Under the pieces are notes generated by a model. That model searched no databases. It had not been told where the DNA came from and saw nothing but the letters and a program-made list of their open reading frames with translations. 64,000 nt of DNA from Candidatus Pacearchaeota archaeon (GTDB taxonomy: Archaea > Nanobdellota > Nanobdellia > Pacearchaeales > GW2011-AR1): assembly GCA_040879765.1 (NCBI GenBank), contig JBBDJQ010000001.1, forward strand, positions 333 to 64,332, read 5' to 3'. Position numbers and translations under genes: made by a program. Of this stretch, positions 31,629 through 42,013 are shown one piece after another; position 1 is the first letter of the stretch; each line of letters opens with the position of its first letter.

Positions 31629-32882
31629 TCATGAACCTTTTCCAAGATTTTTTTTCACAATATAGTTTACAGGATTTTTGTAACGCATTTCTTCCTCGGT
31701 TGGATTTATTCCAATGCCTTTGTAATAATCTTTGTCAAAATTTGGGGGGAGTACTGTTTTATTTCTATAGCCCCAGGACAATTGCGCTTTAAGATAGCCC
31801 TCTTTAAGAGGCACGGAATTTTTTTTATTCCAATCTTCAATTCTTTTTTCTAATTCCTCTCTTTCCATTCCAATAGAACGAAATAAATTCAACAGGATAA
31901 ATAACGCCCTTTTTCTTCCATCAACAACTCCATTCAAAATTTTTTGAATGCTTGGTGGAAACATTTTATCAGATAGATTTTCGATTTTTATTGGCTTGTA
32001 ATCTTTTTTTGAAGTTTTTTCTTTTTCCTCTTTTTCATTTGGTTTATTTTCTGAATGCCAATCCAAAGCCTGAAGCAAGAGTTCTCGGGCTTCCCCTTCT
32101 TTGCAATCTGGAGTAAACTCTCTTGGTTCTGAAACTTTTAATGGGCTTGCATCTTTTGGTTGGAAATTTTCTATCTCTGACAAATAAAGTACTATGCTTG
32201 CCAAGGCTGTTTTTTCATGTAAAGAATAAGGCATCCTAAATAAGTGTCTTGGAGAAACCAAAATTATGTCCGGCATAACTTCCTTTGTTACTTCAAAATC
32301 CCTTATGTATTTGTTTCCCACCGTTAGTGCAGAAACTTCTTTTATTAGGAGGGGTTTTGTTTTTTCAGAAATATAGTGTGTTAAAATTCTTGGCCACTCT
32401 GGAAACATATCTGAGGTCTTAACAGAATTTATTTCCTTAGGGAAAGCCTTCCAAGGGATTATCATATGAAATCCCTTGCTTCCTGAGAATTTGATTCCTA
32501 CATTTTTTACGCCATGGAAATCTAAAACTTTCATAATTTGTTGAACAAGAACTTTACTATAATCTAGATATTTGCTATCTATATCAATAAGGAGGTCCCA
32601 GCCAGTTCTTAATTCATTTAGCTCTTCTTTTGACATGTCTGTGGAAATATTTAAGGGATTTGCCCAGATTTCTTGAGAGCAATGGAAGCTTGTTGTTCCT
32701 TTTTTAACCATTTCAAAGATGTCTCCCAAATATTGAAAGCTGTCTGGTCTTTTCCCAAAAGAATCAAAATATCTTGCAGAAATTTCACGACTTTTGGAAA
32801 AATTAAATATGGTTTCCTGGACTTTTGGGTTTGAATAATACAAAGAAGTCAACTTCCTAACCCTCTCTTCTTTGGTATCCAT
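31629..32882 (-). CDS. fused archaeo-eukaryotic primase (PriS plus PriL C-terminal-like domain)
   Basis: WDLLIDID, KFSGSKGFH, R.PYSLH; C-terminal FPP, DGRKR.LF.L, PPN, KNPVNY. Confidence 0.9.
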   Translation of the reverse strand: MDTKEERVRKLTSLYYSNPKVQETIFNFSKSREISARYFDSFGKRPDSFQYLGDIFEMVKKGTTSFHCSQEIWANPLNISTDMSKEELNELRTGWDLLIDIDSKYLDYSKVLVQQIMKVLDFHGVKNVGIKFSGSKGFHMIIPWKAFPKEINSVKTSDMFPEWPRILTHYISEKTKPLLIKEVSALTVGNKYIRDFEVTKEVMPDIILVSPRHLFRMPYSLHEKTALASIVLYLSEIENFQPKDASPLKVSEPREFTPDCKEGEARELLLQALDWHSENKPNEKEEKEKTSKKDYKPIKIENLSDKMFPPSIQKILNGVVDGRKRALFILLNLFRSIGMEREELEKRIEDWNKKNSVPLKEGYLKAQLSWGYRNKTVLPPNFDKDYYKGIGINPTEEEMRYKNPVNYIVKKNLGKGS

Positions 32883-32985
32883 TTTTAAAGATAAGCTGAA
32901 GACTTTAAATTAATTATGTTGAACCGAAATAATCTCCATACTCCAGCATAAAAATACTTAAAAGAGGGCAGGTTATCTATAAATC

Positions 32986-33717
32986 ATGCTAGTTAAATTA
33001 GATAATCCTTTAGCCTTTACAAGAGTTGTTGAAATTATTTCGGACTTAGTAACTGAGGTTAGGATAAAGTTTAATGAATACGGTATGAGTATTGTTGCTA
33101 TGGATCCTGCAAATATTTCTATGGTTATTTTCAAGTTGCCGAAGAGTTCGTTTTCGCAATTTGAGGTTTTAGAGGAAGAAACCTTGGGAATTAATTTGAT
33201 TAATTTGAAACAGGTTTTAAGAAGATGTTCGTCAAGTTCTTCATTAGTTCTTGAGAAAAAAGAAAACTTTCTTGCCCTAGATATACATGATAGAATAAGA
33301 AGAAATTTCAACCTTAATTTAATAGAGGTTGAGGGAGAAGAAAGAGAAGTTCCTTCTAGTTTTGAATTTGTTGCCAAGGTTGAGATTAATTCAGTTGATT
33401 TGGTTAACTCCGTGGATGATTGTGCCATTGTTGCAGATGCATGTTCTTTTGAAATAAAATCTGGGAAATTCATAATTGAAGCCAAATCTCTTAATTCTGC
33501 AATGTCTGAATTTTCTGGAGATGAAGCTGCAATTCAGGCAGAAGATTGTAAATCGAAATATAGCCTAGAATATTTGCAGAAATTCATGAAGGGCGCAAAA
33601 CTTTGTGAAAAAACTAATCTAAGTTTTGCGGGAGACCACCCACTTAGGATGGATTTCAAAACTCCAGAAATGGAATTAAGTTTTATTCTTGCTCCAAGAG
33701 TTGAGACTGAAGACTAG
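32986..33717 (+). CDS. pcn: PCNA sliding clamp
   Basis: AMDPANISMV, SKYSLEYL.K, FILAPRVE. Confidence 0.96.
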   Translation: MLVKLDNPLAFTRVVEIISDLVTEVRIKFNEYGMSIVAMDPANISMVIFKLPKSSFSQFEVLEEETLGINLINLKQVLRRCSSSSSLVLEKKENFLALDIHDRIRRNFNLNLIEVEGEEREVPSSFEFVAKVEINSVDLVNSVDDCAIVADACSFEIKSGKFIIEAKSLNSAMSEFSGDEAAIQAEDCKSKYSLEYLQKFMKGAKLCEKTNLSFAGDHPLRMDFKTPEMELSFILAPRVETED

Positions 33718-33808
33718 CGATTAGTCATACACTTTGCCAGAGAATAAAAGAGATATCCTTATGAGGATTATTCCCAAGATTTATAAATAATATTTCTGTA
33801 ATCTAACC

Positions 33809-34561
33809 ATGGAAAAAAGAGGGCAGGTTACCATCTTCATAATTATTGCTATAGTTGTTGTTTCTTTGGGTGGTTTGGCTTATTTTGTTTTCCCTCAAAT
33901 TCAAACAAACATATCTGGAGAAGATAATAATCCAGTTTCATTTATAGAAAATTGCTTAGAAGAGGATTTGGAAGAAACAATAGAATCTGTTTCTCTTCAG
34001 GGAGGAAAGTTGGAGCCTGTGAATTCTTTCTTATATGAAGATGTGGAAATTGAATACCTTTGTTATATTTGGGAAAGCTATCAACCCTGTGTTGTTCAGA
34101 ATCCTTTATTGAGACAAAGTGTGGAGGGTGAAATCAAAAAAGGAATTGAAACAAAGGTTGAAAGCTGTTTTGCCGAGATGAAAAATAATTTTGAATCTCA
34201 AGGATATTCTGTCCAATATCAACCAGGAGGATTGGATGTAACACTTTTGCCTCAAAGAATAGTTACAAGCATGAACAAAGATTTAACTTTGAGTAGAGAT
34301 GAAACTGAAACTTATGAAAAAATAGAAATTGTTGTGAACAATAATCTTTATGAACTTGTGGGAATTGCAGGTAGTATTATAGAAAGTGAATCAAAATATG
34401 GTAACGCGGAGACAACTATTTACATGGATTATTACAAGAATCTAAAGGTTGAAAAGCATACTCAAGAAGGTGGAACTAAAATTTATATTTTAACAAACAG
34501 AGATGGCGGAGAAAAATTCCAGTTTGCTTCAAGGTCTATTGTCTTCCCACCAGGAATATAA
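33809..34561 (+). CDS. pilin-like protein with class III signal peptide
   Basis: MEKRG/QVTIFIIIAIVVV. Confidence 0.8.
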   Translation: MEKRGQVTIFIIIAIVVVSLGGLAYFVFPQIQTNISGEDNNPVSFIENCLEEDLEETIESVSLQGGKLEPVNSFLYEDVEIEYLCYIWESYQPCVVQNPLLRQSVEGEIKKGIETKVESCFAEMKNNFESQGYSVQYQPGGLDVTLLPQRIVTSMNKDLTLSRDETETYEKIEIVVNNNLYELVGIAGSIIESESKYGNAETTIYMDYYKNLKVEKHTQEGGTKIYILTNRDGGEKFQFASRSIVFPPGI

Positions 34562-34562
34562 A

Positions 34563-36140
34563 ATGAAAAAAGAAAAAAACCAAAATGAAAATTTGAGATT
34601 ATTATTTGGAATTTTGACTTTTATTTTTATTTTTGCTTTTAGTGTTAATTTTATTTCAAGTCAATCAACTGTGAGTTATTGTGCTGAAAGAACTTTAGAT
34701 GGTGCATGGTGTCAAAACGTTCCTCAATCCCAAGTAGATGAAAATTATAGATCTGCTCCGACCTCTTGCCAATCAACTGCTTTCTGTAAATTGGGAACTT
34801 GTGTGAATAGTCAGGAAGGAACTTGTTTTGATAACACTCCTCAAATAATCTGTGAGCAACCAGAAGGAGAGATTACTGGAGGTGTTTGGTTTGATGCAGA
34901 AAAAGAATCTTTACCTCAGTGTTCTTTGGGATGTTGTCTTCTTGGAAATGAAGCTTCTTTCGTTACACAGGCAAGATGTAATCAACTTTCTTCTGATTAT
35001 GGTTTAGACATAAATTATAGGCCAGATATAAATTCCGAAGTTGCTTGCATAGCTACTGCAGTTTCTGATAAGAAAGGAGCTTGCGTTTTTGAAAGAAATT
35101 TTGAAAGGACTTGTCAAGCCACAACTGGAGCAAAATGTCAAGAATTAGCCCTTACTGAAGAAAATGTTGAGTTTCATCAAGGATTATTATGTTCTGCTGA
35201 GGAACTTGCAACAAATTGTGGCCCAAGCGAAAATACAATTTTGGTTGATGGGAGAGATGAAGTTTTCTTTAGAGATACTTGCGGAAACGTTGCAAATATT
35301 TATGATTCTTCAAGACAAGATGATGCAAACTATTGGAGGGATATTTTTGAAAAAAGTGAGAGTTGTGGGTTTTTGGATTCAAGAGGAAATGCTGGTTCTA
35401 AAAGTTGTGGAAATTGTGATTACTTCCTTGGTTCAACTGGAAAAACTTATGACAGGTCTGTGGATCCTCAAAGCCCAGATTTTGGAGATTATATTTGTAG
35501 AGATTTAGGTTGTGAATACCAGGGAGAAGATTTCCAGCACGGAGAAACTTGGTGTTCTTCAAACTCTAAGAATGGTGAAAGTTTGCCTGGAGAAAGACTT
35601 TCTAGGTTGGTCTGCTATAATGGGGAAGTCACAACTGAAAGTTGTTCTGGATTTAGGCAGGAAATTTGTGTGGAAGGTGAGATTAATGGTTTTTCAGCAG
35701 CCGCATGCCGAGTGAATAAATGGCAGGATTGTATGGTCCAAGGAACACAAAAAACTTGCGAGGATTCAACTTTAAGGGCTTGTCAATGGATAGAAGGGCA
35801 AAGATTTGATAGAGATACAACCCAGGAAGAGGAGCAAGGCTCATGTGTTCCAAAATATCCTCCAGGGTTTGATTTTTGGAATCCTAACACTGATGCAGCT
35901 TCTTTATGTTCTTTAGCAAATAATGACTGTGTCGTAAGATGGGAAAAATCAGGAACAGATATTTTAACAGGAGGAGGTTATGATTGTGTAGAAAACTGCC
36001 ATTGTCTCGAGGATTCTTGGGGGGAATTGCAAAATAATATTTGTTTAGCTCTTGGGGATTGTGGAGCAACCCTTAATTACATTGGTGGAAAAGGAGCCAA
36101 TGAATTAGATGATTTGGTAGTAATAGGTCCTAGAGATTAA
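34563..36140 (+). CDS. secreted Cys-rich protein
   Basis: signal/anchor followed by a densely Cys-rich domain (C.LG.C, GCC); likely ATG at 34563. Confidence 0.85.
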   Translation: MKKEKNQNENLRLLFGILTFIFIFAFSVNFISSQSTVSYCAERTLDGAWCQNVPQSQVDENYRSAPTSCQSTAFCKLGTCVNSQEGTCFDNTPQIICEQPEGEITGGVWFDAEKESLPQCSLGCCLLGNEASFVTQARCNQLSSDYGLDINYRPDINSEVACIATAVSDKKGACVFERNFERTCQATTGAKCQELALTEENVEFHQGLLCSAEELATNCGPSENTILVDGRDEVFFRDTCGNVANIYDSSRQDDANYWRDIFEKSESCGFLDSRGNAGSKSCGNCDYFLGSTGKTYDRSVDPQSPDFGDYICRDLGCEYQGEDFQHGETWCSSNSKNGESLPGERLSRLVCYNGEVTTESCSGFRQEICVEGEINGFSAAACRVNKWQDCMVQGTQKTCEDSTLRACQWIEGQRFDRDTTQEEEQGSCVPKYPPGFDFWNPNTDAASLCSLANNDCVVRWEKSGTDILTGGGYDCVENCHCLEDSWGELQNNICLALGDCGATLNYIGGKGANELDDLVVIGPRD

Positions 36141-36147
36141 ATCAATT

Positions 36148-36663
36148 TTACTCACAAGTTTGTTTATATCTTGTAACCTCAATAGATTCTGCACCACAAC
36201 TACTTCCAGCAAACTCAAAATAATGAATGTCTCCTTGAGGGGAGCATTCTCCTGAAAGCTCATCATTTCCTATATATTGCCCAATATCACAACCTGAAAA
36301 ATCAAGTACAGGGTCGCTCCACACATATTTTGGTGGACAATTATCTCCATTGCTTCTGCAGAATTGATCTATATTTACGCCTTGGAAGGTTTGTGCACTG
36401 TCTGCCGAATCTGAGTTTGTTGCTGTTGTTGCCGTTGTTGCAGAATCTGCGGTTATTGCATGTGCTGCATTATCAATTATTCCATCTGAATTTGCATCAA
36501 TTGAAGCAGAACCTGTTTCGTCTGTTGTAACTTGTTGTAATGGATGCCAACCAATATTTGAACTAAAAGGAGTCACTGCAAAAACTGTTAGAATTCCAAA
36601 AGTTAAAAAAATAGCTGTTAAAAAATAAAAGTATTTTTTTTCTATATTTATTTTTATTTTCAC
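36148..36663 (-). CDS. secreted/anchored fibre-like protein, tandem copy 1
   Basis: signal peptide; AxxAxxAD-like repeats; FCRSNGDNCP; GTG start. Confidence 0.75.
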   Translation of the reverse strand: MKIKINIEKKYFYFLTAIFLTFGILTVFAVTPFSSNIGWHPLQQVTTDETGSASIDANSDGIIDNAAHAITADSATTATTATNSDSADSAQTFQGVNIDQFCRSNGDNCPPKYVWSDPVLDFSGCDIGQYIGNDELSGECSPQGDIHYFEFAGSSCGAESIEVTRYKQTCE

Positions 36664-37120
36664 TTTAGTTACTCACAAGTTTGTTTATATCTTGTAACCT
36701 CAATAGATTCTGCACCACAACTACTTCCAGCAAACTCAAAATAATGAATGTCTCCTTGAGGGGAGCATTCTCCTGAAAGCTCATCATTTCCTATATATTG
36801 CCCAATATCACAACCTGAAAAATCAAGTACAGGGTCGCTCCACACATATTTTGGTGGACAATTATCTCCATTGCTTCTGCAGAATTGATCTATATTTACG
36901 CCTTGGAAGGTTTGTGCACTGTCTGCCGAATCTGAGTTTGTTGCTGTTGTTGCCGTTGTTGCAGAATCTGCGGTTATTGCATGTGCTGCATTATCAATTA
37001 TTCCATCTGAATTTGCATCAATTGAAGCAGAACCTGTTTCGTCTGTTGTAACTTGTTGTAATGGATGCCAACCAATATTTGAACTAAAAGGAGTTGCTGC
37101 AAAAACTGTTAGAATTCCAA
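36148..37120. repeat. about 450-bp tandem duplication, period 521 bp
   Basis: 36148-36573 identical to 36669-37094; near-identical to 36599/37120. Confidence 0.95.
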
Positions 37121-37184
37121 GTATTGATATAAATATTGCTAAGAAAAAAACGCTCCTCTTTTTCAAATCTATTTCGATTTGCAT
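36669..37184 (-). CDS. secreted/anchored fibre-like protein, tandem copy 2
   Basis: identical to copy 1 after about residue 30. Confidence 0.8.
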   Translation of the reverse strand: MQIEIDLKKRSVFFLAIFISILGILTVFAATPFSSNIGWHPLQQVTTDETGSASIDANSDGIIDNAAHAITADSATTATTATNSDSADSAQTFQGVNIDQFCRSNGDNCPPKYVWSDPVLDFSGCDIGQYIGNDELSGECSPQGDIHYFEFAGSSCGAESIEVTRYKQTCE

Positions 37185-37276
37185 ATTTTTTATTAAGCTT
37201 TAGGGCTTTTAAATTTTGCTGTTTAAGAAAACTTTGGAAAAGAAAAACTTAAATAGTTTTTTCTTATCTTCTATCC

Positions 37277-37990
37277 ATGAATAGATTTAGAAACCTTACA
37301 AATTATGGATTGATTTCAGTTAGCGCATTTCTTGGAGGATGTGAATCTGGAGGAATAAATTTGGAAGTTGTGGAAAAAATCATAAGAGATGTTGGGCCAA
37401 CTGCCGTGGCGACTATTCTAAAAAAAGATGCTATTTCAAAGGGAGATGTGAATGAAGCCATCATTTTTGACACGGTTGAAGATTATAGTCGTACAAAAAT
37501 GATTGAAAGGGCCAGAGAAAATGAAATACTAGAAAGGAAGGTAAGAGTGACGCATGTTGTGGAAAGGGAGCCTTACGAGACTGTGGAAAGGGAGCCTACA
37601 GAAAGAGTTGCCTTTGTTAATGAAGGCAGAAGTTTCCAAGGAAGACCAATTAATTCTTATCAGGGACATGTGAAACAAGGAGGAGGGAACGGATTTGATA
37701 TTAATCAAGGGACATTATCGATTTTTAATGAAGGAATTTATTGGTTTGATAAAGGGGGGAGAAGCAGGGGAATAGAGTATGGCCAAATCTCAGACATCTC
37801 ATCAATAGGAAGTCAATCTGTGCTCCAAATAGAAACATCAGATGGAAAATTCTCAAAAATCTATTTTGATTCAGATACAAATGTTTCTGACATAGAAATG
37901 AAAATAGAATCAGCGCAAAAAAAATATTTTTCGGGTAGAAGAAAAACAGATTTTGAAAGTTTGAAGAGTTTAGAAATCTTTGAGAAATAA
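37277..37990 (+). CDS. hypothetical lipoprotein-like protein
   Basis: FLGGC lipobox-like motif; VEREP repeated twice. Confidence 0.65.
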   Translation: MNRFRNLTNYGLISVSAFLGGCESGGINLEVVEKIIRDVGPTAVATILKKDAISKGDVNEAIIFDTVEDYSRTKMIERARENEILERKVRVTHVVEREPYETVEREPTERVAFVNEGRSFQGRPINSYQGHVKQGGGNGFDINQGTLSIFNEGIYWFDKGGRSRGIEYGQISDISSIGSQSVLQIETSDGKFSKIYFDSDTNVSDIEMKIESAQKKYFSGRRKTDFESLKSLEIFEK

Positions 37991-38037
37991 TTTGAAAGTT
38001 CAAGAATATTTATAAATAACATTTCTGTATCTAGTTT

Positions 38038-40422
38038 ATGAAAAAGGGGAGTGATTATCTTAAATTTATTTCATTATTCCAGATTATTTTAATGATTAGT
38101 TTGACTTTTTCTTTTTCTTTTATTCTTTCATCTACTTTTGTTGGTGCTGCGGAAAGTATAGCGCCCACACAAACCGCACAGGGTTCTTATACTGTTGAAT
38201 TTGGAGATACTTTAAGTGAGATTGCAGCACGATACAGCACCACTCCCAACACAATCCTTGCTCTGAATAGTTTTTTAATAAGTGAAGATAGACCGAGTTG
38301 TTTTGATAGTCTACAGGGGGTAGATTGTATTTTTCCAGGAGATAAATTAACTATACCAATTTCTACTACGACTCAAGATTCTCAAGCAACAGAAGAAAGG
38401 GTTGGAAATTTTATCACCAAACTTACTGGTAAAGCTGAAGATCTGGGTATAACCCCAACCCCCACTACAAATCCTGTTTCTTTTGATTGTAAGGGGGACA
38501 TATGTCAAATTCCTGGAAGTGAATTATCATACGATTTGGGAAATAGCACTGGGCCTGAAGGTGAAGGGTTTTGTGGAGGAGCTGCAGGAACTGGATTTTC
38601 AAATTGTAGTTTTTTTGGTATTGAAGGTGGCTGGGGTTATTTTGCAGCAACAGCAGTTTATGCATATGCTATATATACAGGAATCCAATGGGTAGGAAGT
38701 GCTTTGGGAATAGATGATTCAACTACTGATGCAATAGCAAATGGGGCAACTGCAGCATATCTGGTAACACAAATTGCTAGAGTTCTTGCTCAAGAATCGC
38801 TTCTTGGATCAACAGTGGGAGCATGGGCTGCTTCTTTTTTGGCGATTCCTGGCATAGGGTGGATTGTTTTTGCCGTGGTAGCTGTTCTTTCATTCAAGAA
38901 AGAAAAAGAACAAACAGTTACATTTACTTGCTTGCCCTGGCAGGCTGAATCAGGAGGAGATAATTGTAAATTATGTAATAATCAAGATGTTCCTTGTAGT
39001 GAATATCAATGTAGAAGTCTTGGAAAGGGATGTGAATTAGTTAACAAGGGAACAAGTGCTCAAATGTGCGACTACATATATGATGGAGATGTTATCCCTC
39101 CAGAAATTGAGCCGTTGGAAAGCGCTTTGTTGGATGGATATATTTATACACCAGATGGAGCAGTTTCTCCACCAGATAGGGGAGTAAAGATAATAAATCA
39201 AAACTCTCCCGAAAATTGTGCTCCCGCATATACTCCTTTAAGTTTTGGAATCCAAACTAATGAACCAGCAGCATGTAAGATAGATGTTTTAAGAAAAAGT
39301 AATTTTGAAGATATGAGAGCATTCTTGAGTGCAGGATTGTTAAGATATAATCACACCTATTCATTCAGTCTTCCAAGTCCCGAGGCTCTTGCTGCAGAAA
39401 ATATTACTTTAGAAAATGGGGGAGATTTCCAAATATATATGAGATGTGAAGATGCTAATGGAAATTCAAATCCTGCAAATTTCCAATTTAGATATTGTGT
39501 TGAAGAAGGACCAGATACAACCCCACCTTTCATTGTTACAACAAGTATAATAGATGGCTCGCCTATAGCCCATCAACAAAAATCAGCCGATATTTTACTT
39601 TATGTAAATGAGCCAGCAGAATGCAAGTGGGATCACCAAGATAGAAGCTATGATTTAATGTCAAATTCTCTTAGCTGCCAAACTGAAGTTGCAAGTTTTA
39701 ACTCTCAGGCAGTCTATACCTGTGACACTACCTTGGATGGTTTGAAAGATGAATTTAGTAACGAATTCTATTTCAGATGCAAGGATAAACCAGGATTCCC
39801 AGAAAATGAAAGAAATACTAATGAGGAATCTCACAAGCTTACTTTGATGGGAACTAGACCGTTGTTAATAAGCTCTGCATCTCCAAACAACGAAGTAGTT
39901 AGTGATTCCGCAAACGCTGTGAGCGTTCAATTAGAAGTTGAAACTTCCCAAGGATTCAAAGATGGAGAAGCACTTTGTAAATTTAGCGATACTGGAAATA
40001 GTGATGATTATTTACAATTCTTTGAAACAAACTCGCATTTGCATTCACAAGAACTATCCCTTGCAGAAGGCTCATATAATTATTTCATAATGTGCAATGA
40101 TTTAGGGGGAAATACAGACAATGTTGAAATTAATTTCGAAGTTGAAACAGATACTGATTCACCAAGCGTTGTAAGAGTATACAAGGAAGATAATTTCTTG
40201 AAGATTATAACAGATGAAGAATCCTTTTGTGTATATGTAGAAGAAATTGGATGTAGTTATCCATTTAAAGAAGGAACCAGTCTCACAACTACGAATAATT
40301 TTAATCACTTTTTGCGATGGAATCCTTCTGGTTCAGATTTGTATATAAAGTGTGAAGATAGTTTTGGAAATCAACCAGCCCCAAATCAATGTAACATTGT
40401 TGTTAAAGCAAGTCAATTTTAG
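38038..40422 (+). CDS. large secreted protein: LysM, Gly/Ala hydrophobic region, Cys-rich Ig-like repeats
   Basis: YTVEFGDTLSEIAARY...I.PGD.L.IP (LysM); IPGIGW region; repeated TNEPA.C, C.D..GN, D..PP modules. Confidence 0.85.
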   Translation: MKKGSDYLKFISLFQIILMISLTFSFSFILSSTFVGAAESIAPTQTAQGSYTVEFGDTLSEIAARYSTTPNTILALNSFLISEDRPSCFDSLQGVDCIFPGDKLTIPISTTTQDSQATEERVGNFITKLTGKAEDLGITPTPTTNPVSFDCKGDICQIPGSELSYDLGNSTGPEGEGFCGGAAGTGFSNCSFFGIEGGWGYFAATAVYAYAIYTGIQWVGSALGIDDSTTDAIANGATAAYLVTQIARVLAQESLLGSTVGAWAASFLAIPGIGWIVFAVVAVLSFKKEKEQTVTFTCLPWQAESGGDNCKLCNNQDVPCSEYQCRSLGKGCELVNKGTSAQMCDYIYDGDVIPPEIEPLESALLDGYIYTPDGAVSPPDRGVKIINQNSPENCAPAYTPLSFGIQTNEPAACKIDVLRKSNFEDMRAFLSAGLLRYNHTYSFSLPSPEALAAENITLENGGDFQIYMRCEDANGNSNPANFQFRYCVEEGPDTTPPFIVTTSIIDGSPIAHQQKSADILLYVNEPAECKWDHQDRSYDLMSNSLSCQTEVASFNSQAVYTCDTTLDGLKDEFSNEFYFRCKDKPGFPENERNTNEESHKLTLMGTRPLLISSASPNNEVVSDSANAVSVQLEVETSQGFKDGEALCKFSDTGNSDDYLQFFETNSHLHSQELSLAEGSYNYFIMCNDLGGNTDNVEINFEVETDTDSPSVVRVYKEDNFLKIITDEESFCVYVEEIGCSYPFKEGTSLTTTNNFNHFLRWNPSGSDLYIKCEDSFGNQPAPNQCNIVVKASQF

Positions 40423-40495
40423 AATAGGGATTTCTTTGCTTAACCTTTTTTAAGATAGCGGATAATTTTATAAGTTCTTTTCTTCTAAACTTCAC

Positions 40496-41002
40496 ATGAG
40501 GAGATTAAATCAAAAAGGGCAATTAAAAATATCATTCGGAACTATTTTCTCAATTATTTTAATAGTGATTTTTATTTCATTTGCATTTTACACAATTCAA
40601 AAATTTTTAGGTGTAAAGAATTCCATTCAACTTGGAAAATTCTCGGAAGATTTCCAAGAGGATGTTAACAGAGTTTGGAATAGTGCTCAAGGCTCTGAAA
40701 AAAAATCCTACTTCATTCCAAATGGGGTTAGGTTGGTTTGTTTTGCAGATTATCTTTCAAACGAGAGAGGGGAAAACAGCAACCTCTATGATGAATTTAT
40801 ACTTTCTTTCTATAATGAAGAAAATTTGTTTTTTTACCCCCGGGAATCTGCAGAAGGATTTGATTCTATTGAAATAAGAAATCTTAATTTGGACAAAATT
40901 ACTGAAATTAATAATCCTTATTGTATTGAAAATAAAAATGGCGTTGTAATTTTAACAATAAAAAAAGATTTCAACGAAAATTTAGTCACAATAACCGAAT
41001 AA
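40496..41002 (+). CDS. pilin-like protein with class III signal peptide
   Basis: QKG/QLKISFGTIFSIILIVIF. Confidence 0.8.
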   Translation: MRRLNQKGQLKISFGTIFSIILIVIFISFAFYTIQKFLGVKNSIQLGKFSEDFQEDVNRVWNSAQGSEKKSYFIPNGVRLVCFADYLSNERGENSNLYDEFILSFYNEENLFFYPRESAEGFDSIEIRNLNLDKITEINNPYCIENKNGVVILTIKKDFNENLVTITE

Positions 41003-41003
41003 A

Positions 41004-42002
41004 ATGAAAGGTAAAAAATTAAAAATTTTTAGCCATCATTTTTCTAAAACATGGGGGGAAGTGAAAGATAAAAAGGGGTTTCTTCAGATTTCTTTTGCTT
41101 GGCTTTTTGGAATAATTGTTGGAGGGTTTATTTTGTTCCTAGCTATTTATGCTTCTACTAAGATAATAGATGTACAAGAAACTAAAATTGACGCTCAAAC
41201 TTCGGAAGAAATTGGGGTGCTTTTAAATCCTTTAGAAACTGGTTTTGAAACTGGGAGGACTTCTTCCATAAACTTCCCCTCGGAAACAAGAATTCACAAT
41301 CGTTGCAGTAATGAGAGTTATTTTGGAAAACAAACAATAAAGGTTTCGCAAAAAATCTTTGATGATTGGACAGAGACAGATATAGAAGCTAATTTTAGAA
41401 ATAAACATATTTTTTCTAAGGGAAATGTTGAAGGAAAGAAATTTTTGCTTTTCTCAAAACCATTTGAATTTCCATACAAGGTTGCCGATGTTATTTACTT
41501 AACATCATCTGAAACTAATTATTGTTTCATGGATGCTCCGGAAGAAATTGAAGAAGAGCTTGAAAATTTAGGTCAAGAAAATATTTTTATTGGAGGTAAT
41601 TGCCCTGATTTGAGTCTTAAAGTTTGCTTTTCATCTGGGATAAATTGTGATATTGAAGTTAATTATGGTAAAAGTGGAGAGGTTCAAAAATCTGGAGAGA
41701 CCCTTTATTTTTATGAAGATTCTTTGATGTATGGTGCAATTTTTTCAGAGCCGGAAATTTATGAATGTCAAACCGAAAGACTTATTCAAAGAGCTGCAGA
41801 GTTGAACGATTTGTACTTAGAAAAATCTAATTTCCTTTCAATAAATGGCCCACAATGTTCAAATAATATTGGTCAGGATTTACTTGATTTGAAAAATATA
41901 GAAAACTCTTTTGATCATTCTTCAGATTTAAATGCTTTGATTATAAGTTTGGTTCGGCAAATTGATATCAAAAATGATTTGCAGGAGTGTGAATTATGGT
42001 AA
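41004..42002 (+). CDS. pilin-like protein with class III-like signal peptide
   Basis: KKG/FLQISFAWLFGIIVGGFIL. Confidence 0.75.
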   Translation: MKGKKLKIFSHHFSKTWGEVKDKKGFLQISFAWLFGIIVGGFILFLAIYASTKIIDVQETKIDAQTSEEIGVLLNPLETGFETGRTSSINFPSETRIHNRCSNESYFGKQTIKVSQKIFDDWTETDIEANFRNKHIFSKGNVEGKKFLLFSKPFEFPYKVADVIYLTSSETNYCFMDAPEEIEEELENLGQENIFIGGNCPDLSLKVCFSSGINCDIEVNYGKSGEVQKSGETLYFYEDSLMYGAIFSEPEIYECQTERLIQRAAELNDLYLEKSNFLSINGPQCSNNIGQDLLDLKNIENSFDHSSDLNALIISLVRQIDIKNDLQECELW

Positions 42003-42013
42003 TCATATTACGA

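Noticed and set aside
36148-37184. DGR template/variable repeat pair
   Set aside because: The copies are identical rather than adenine-specifically mismatched, both are intact genes, and there is no RT in the window. The same applies to the 4077/4677 repeat.
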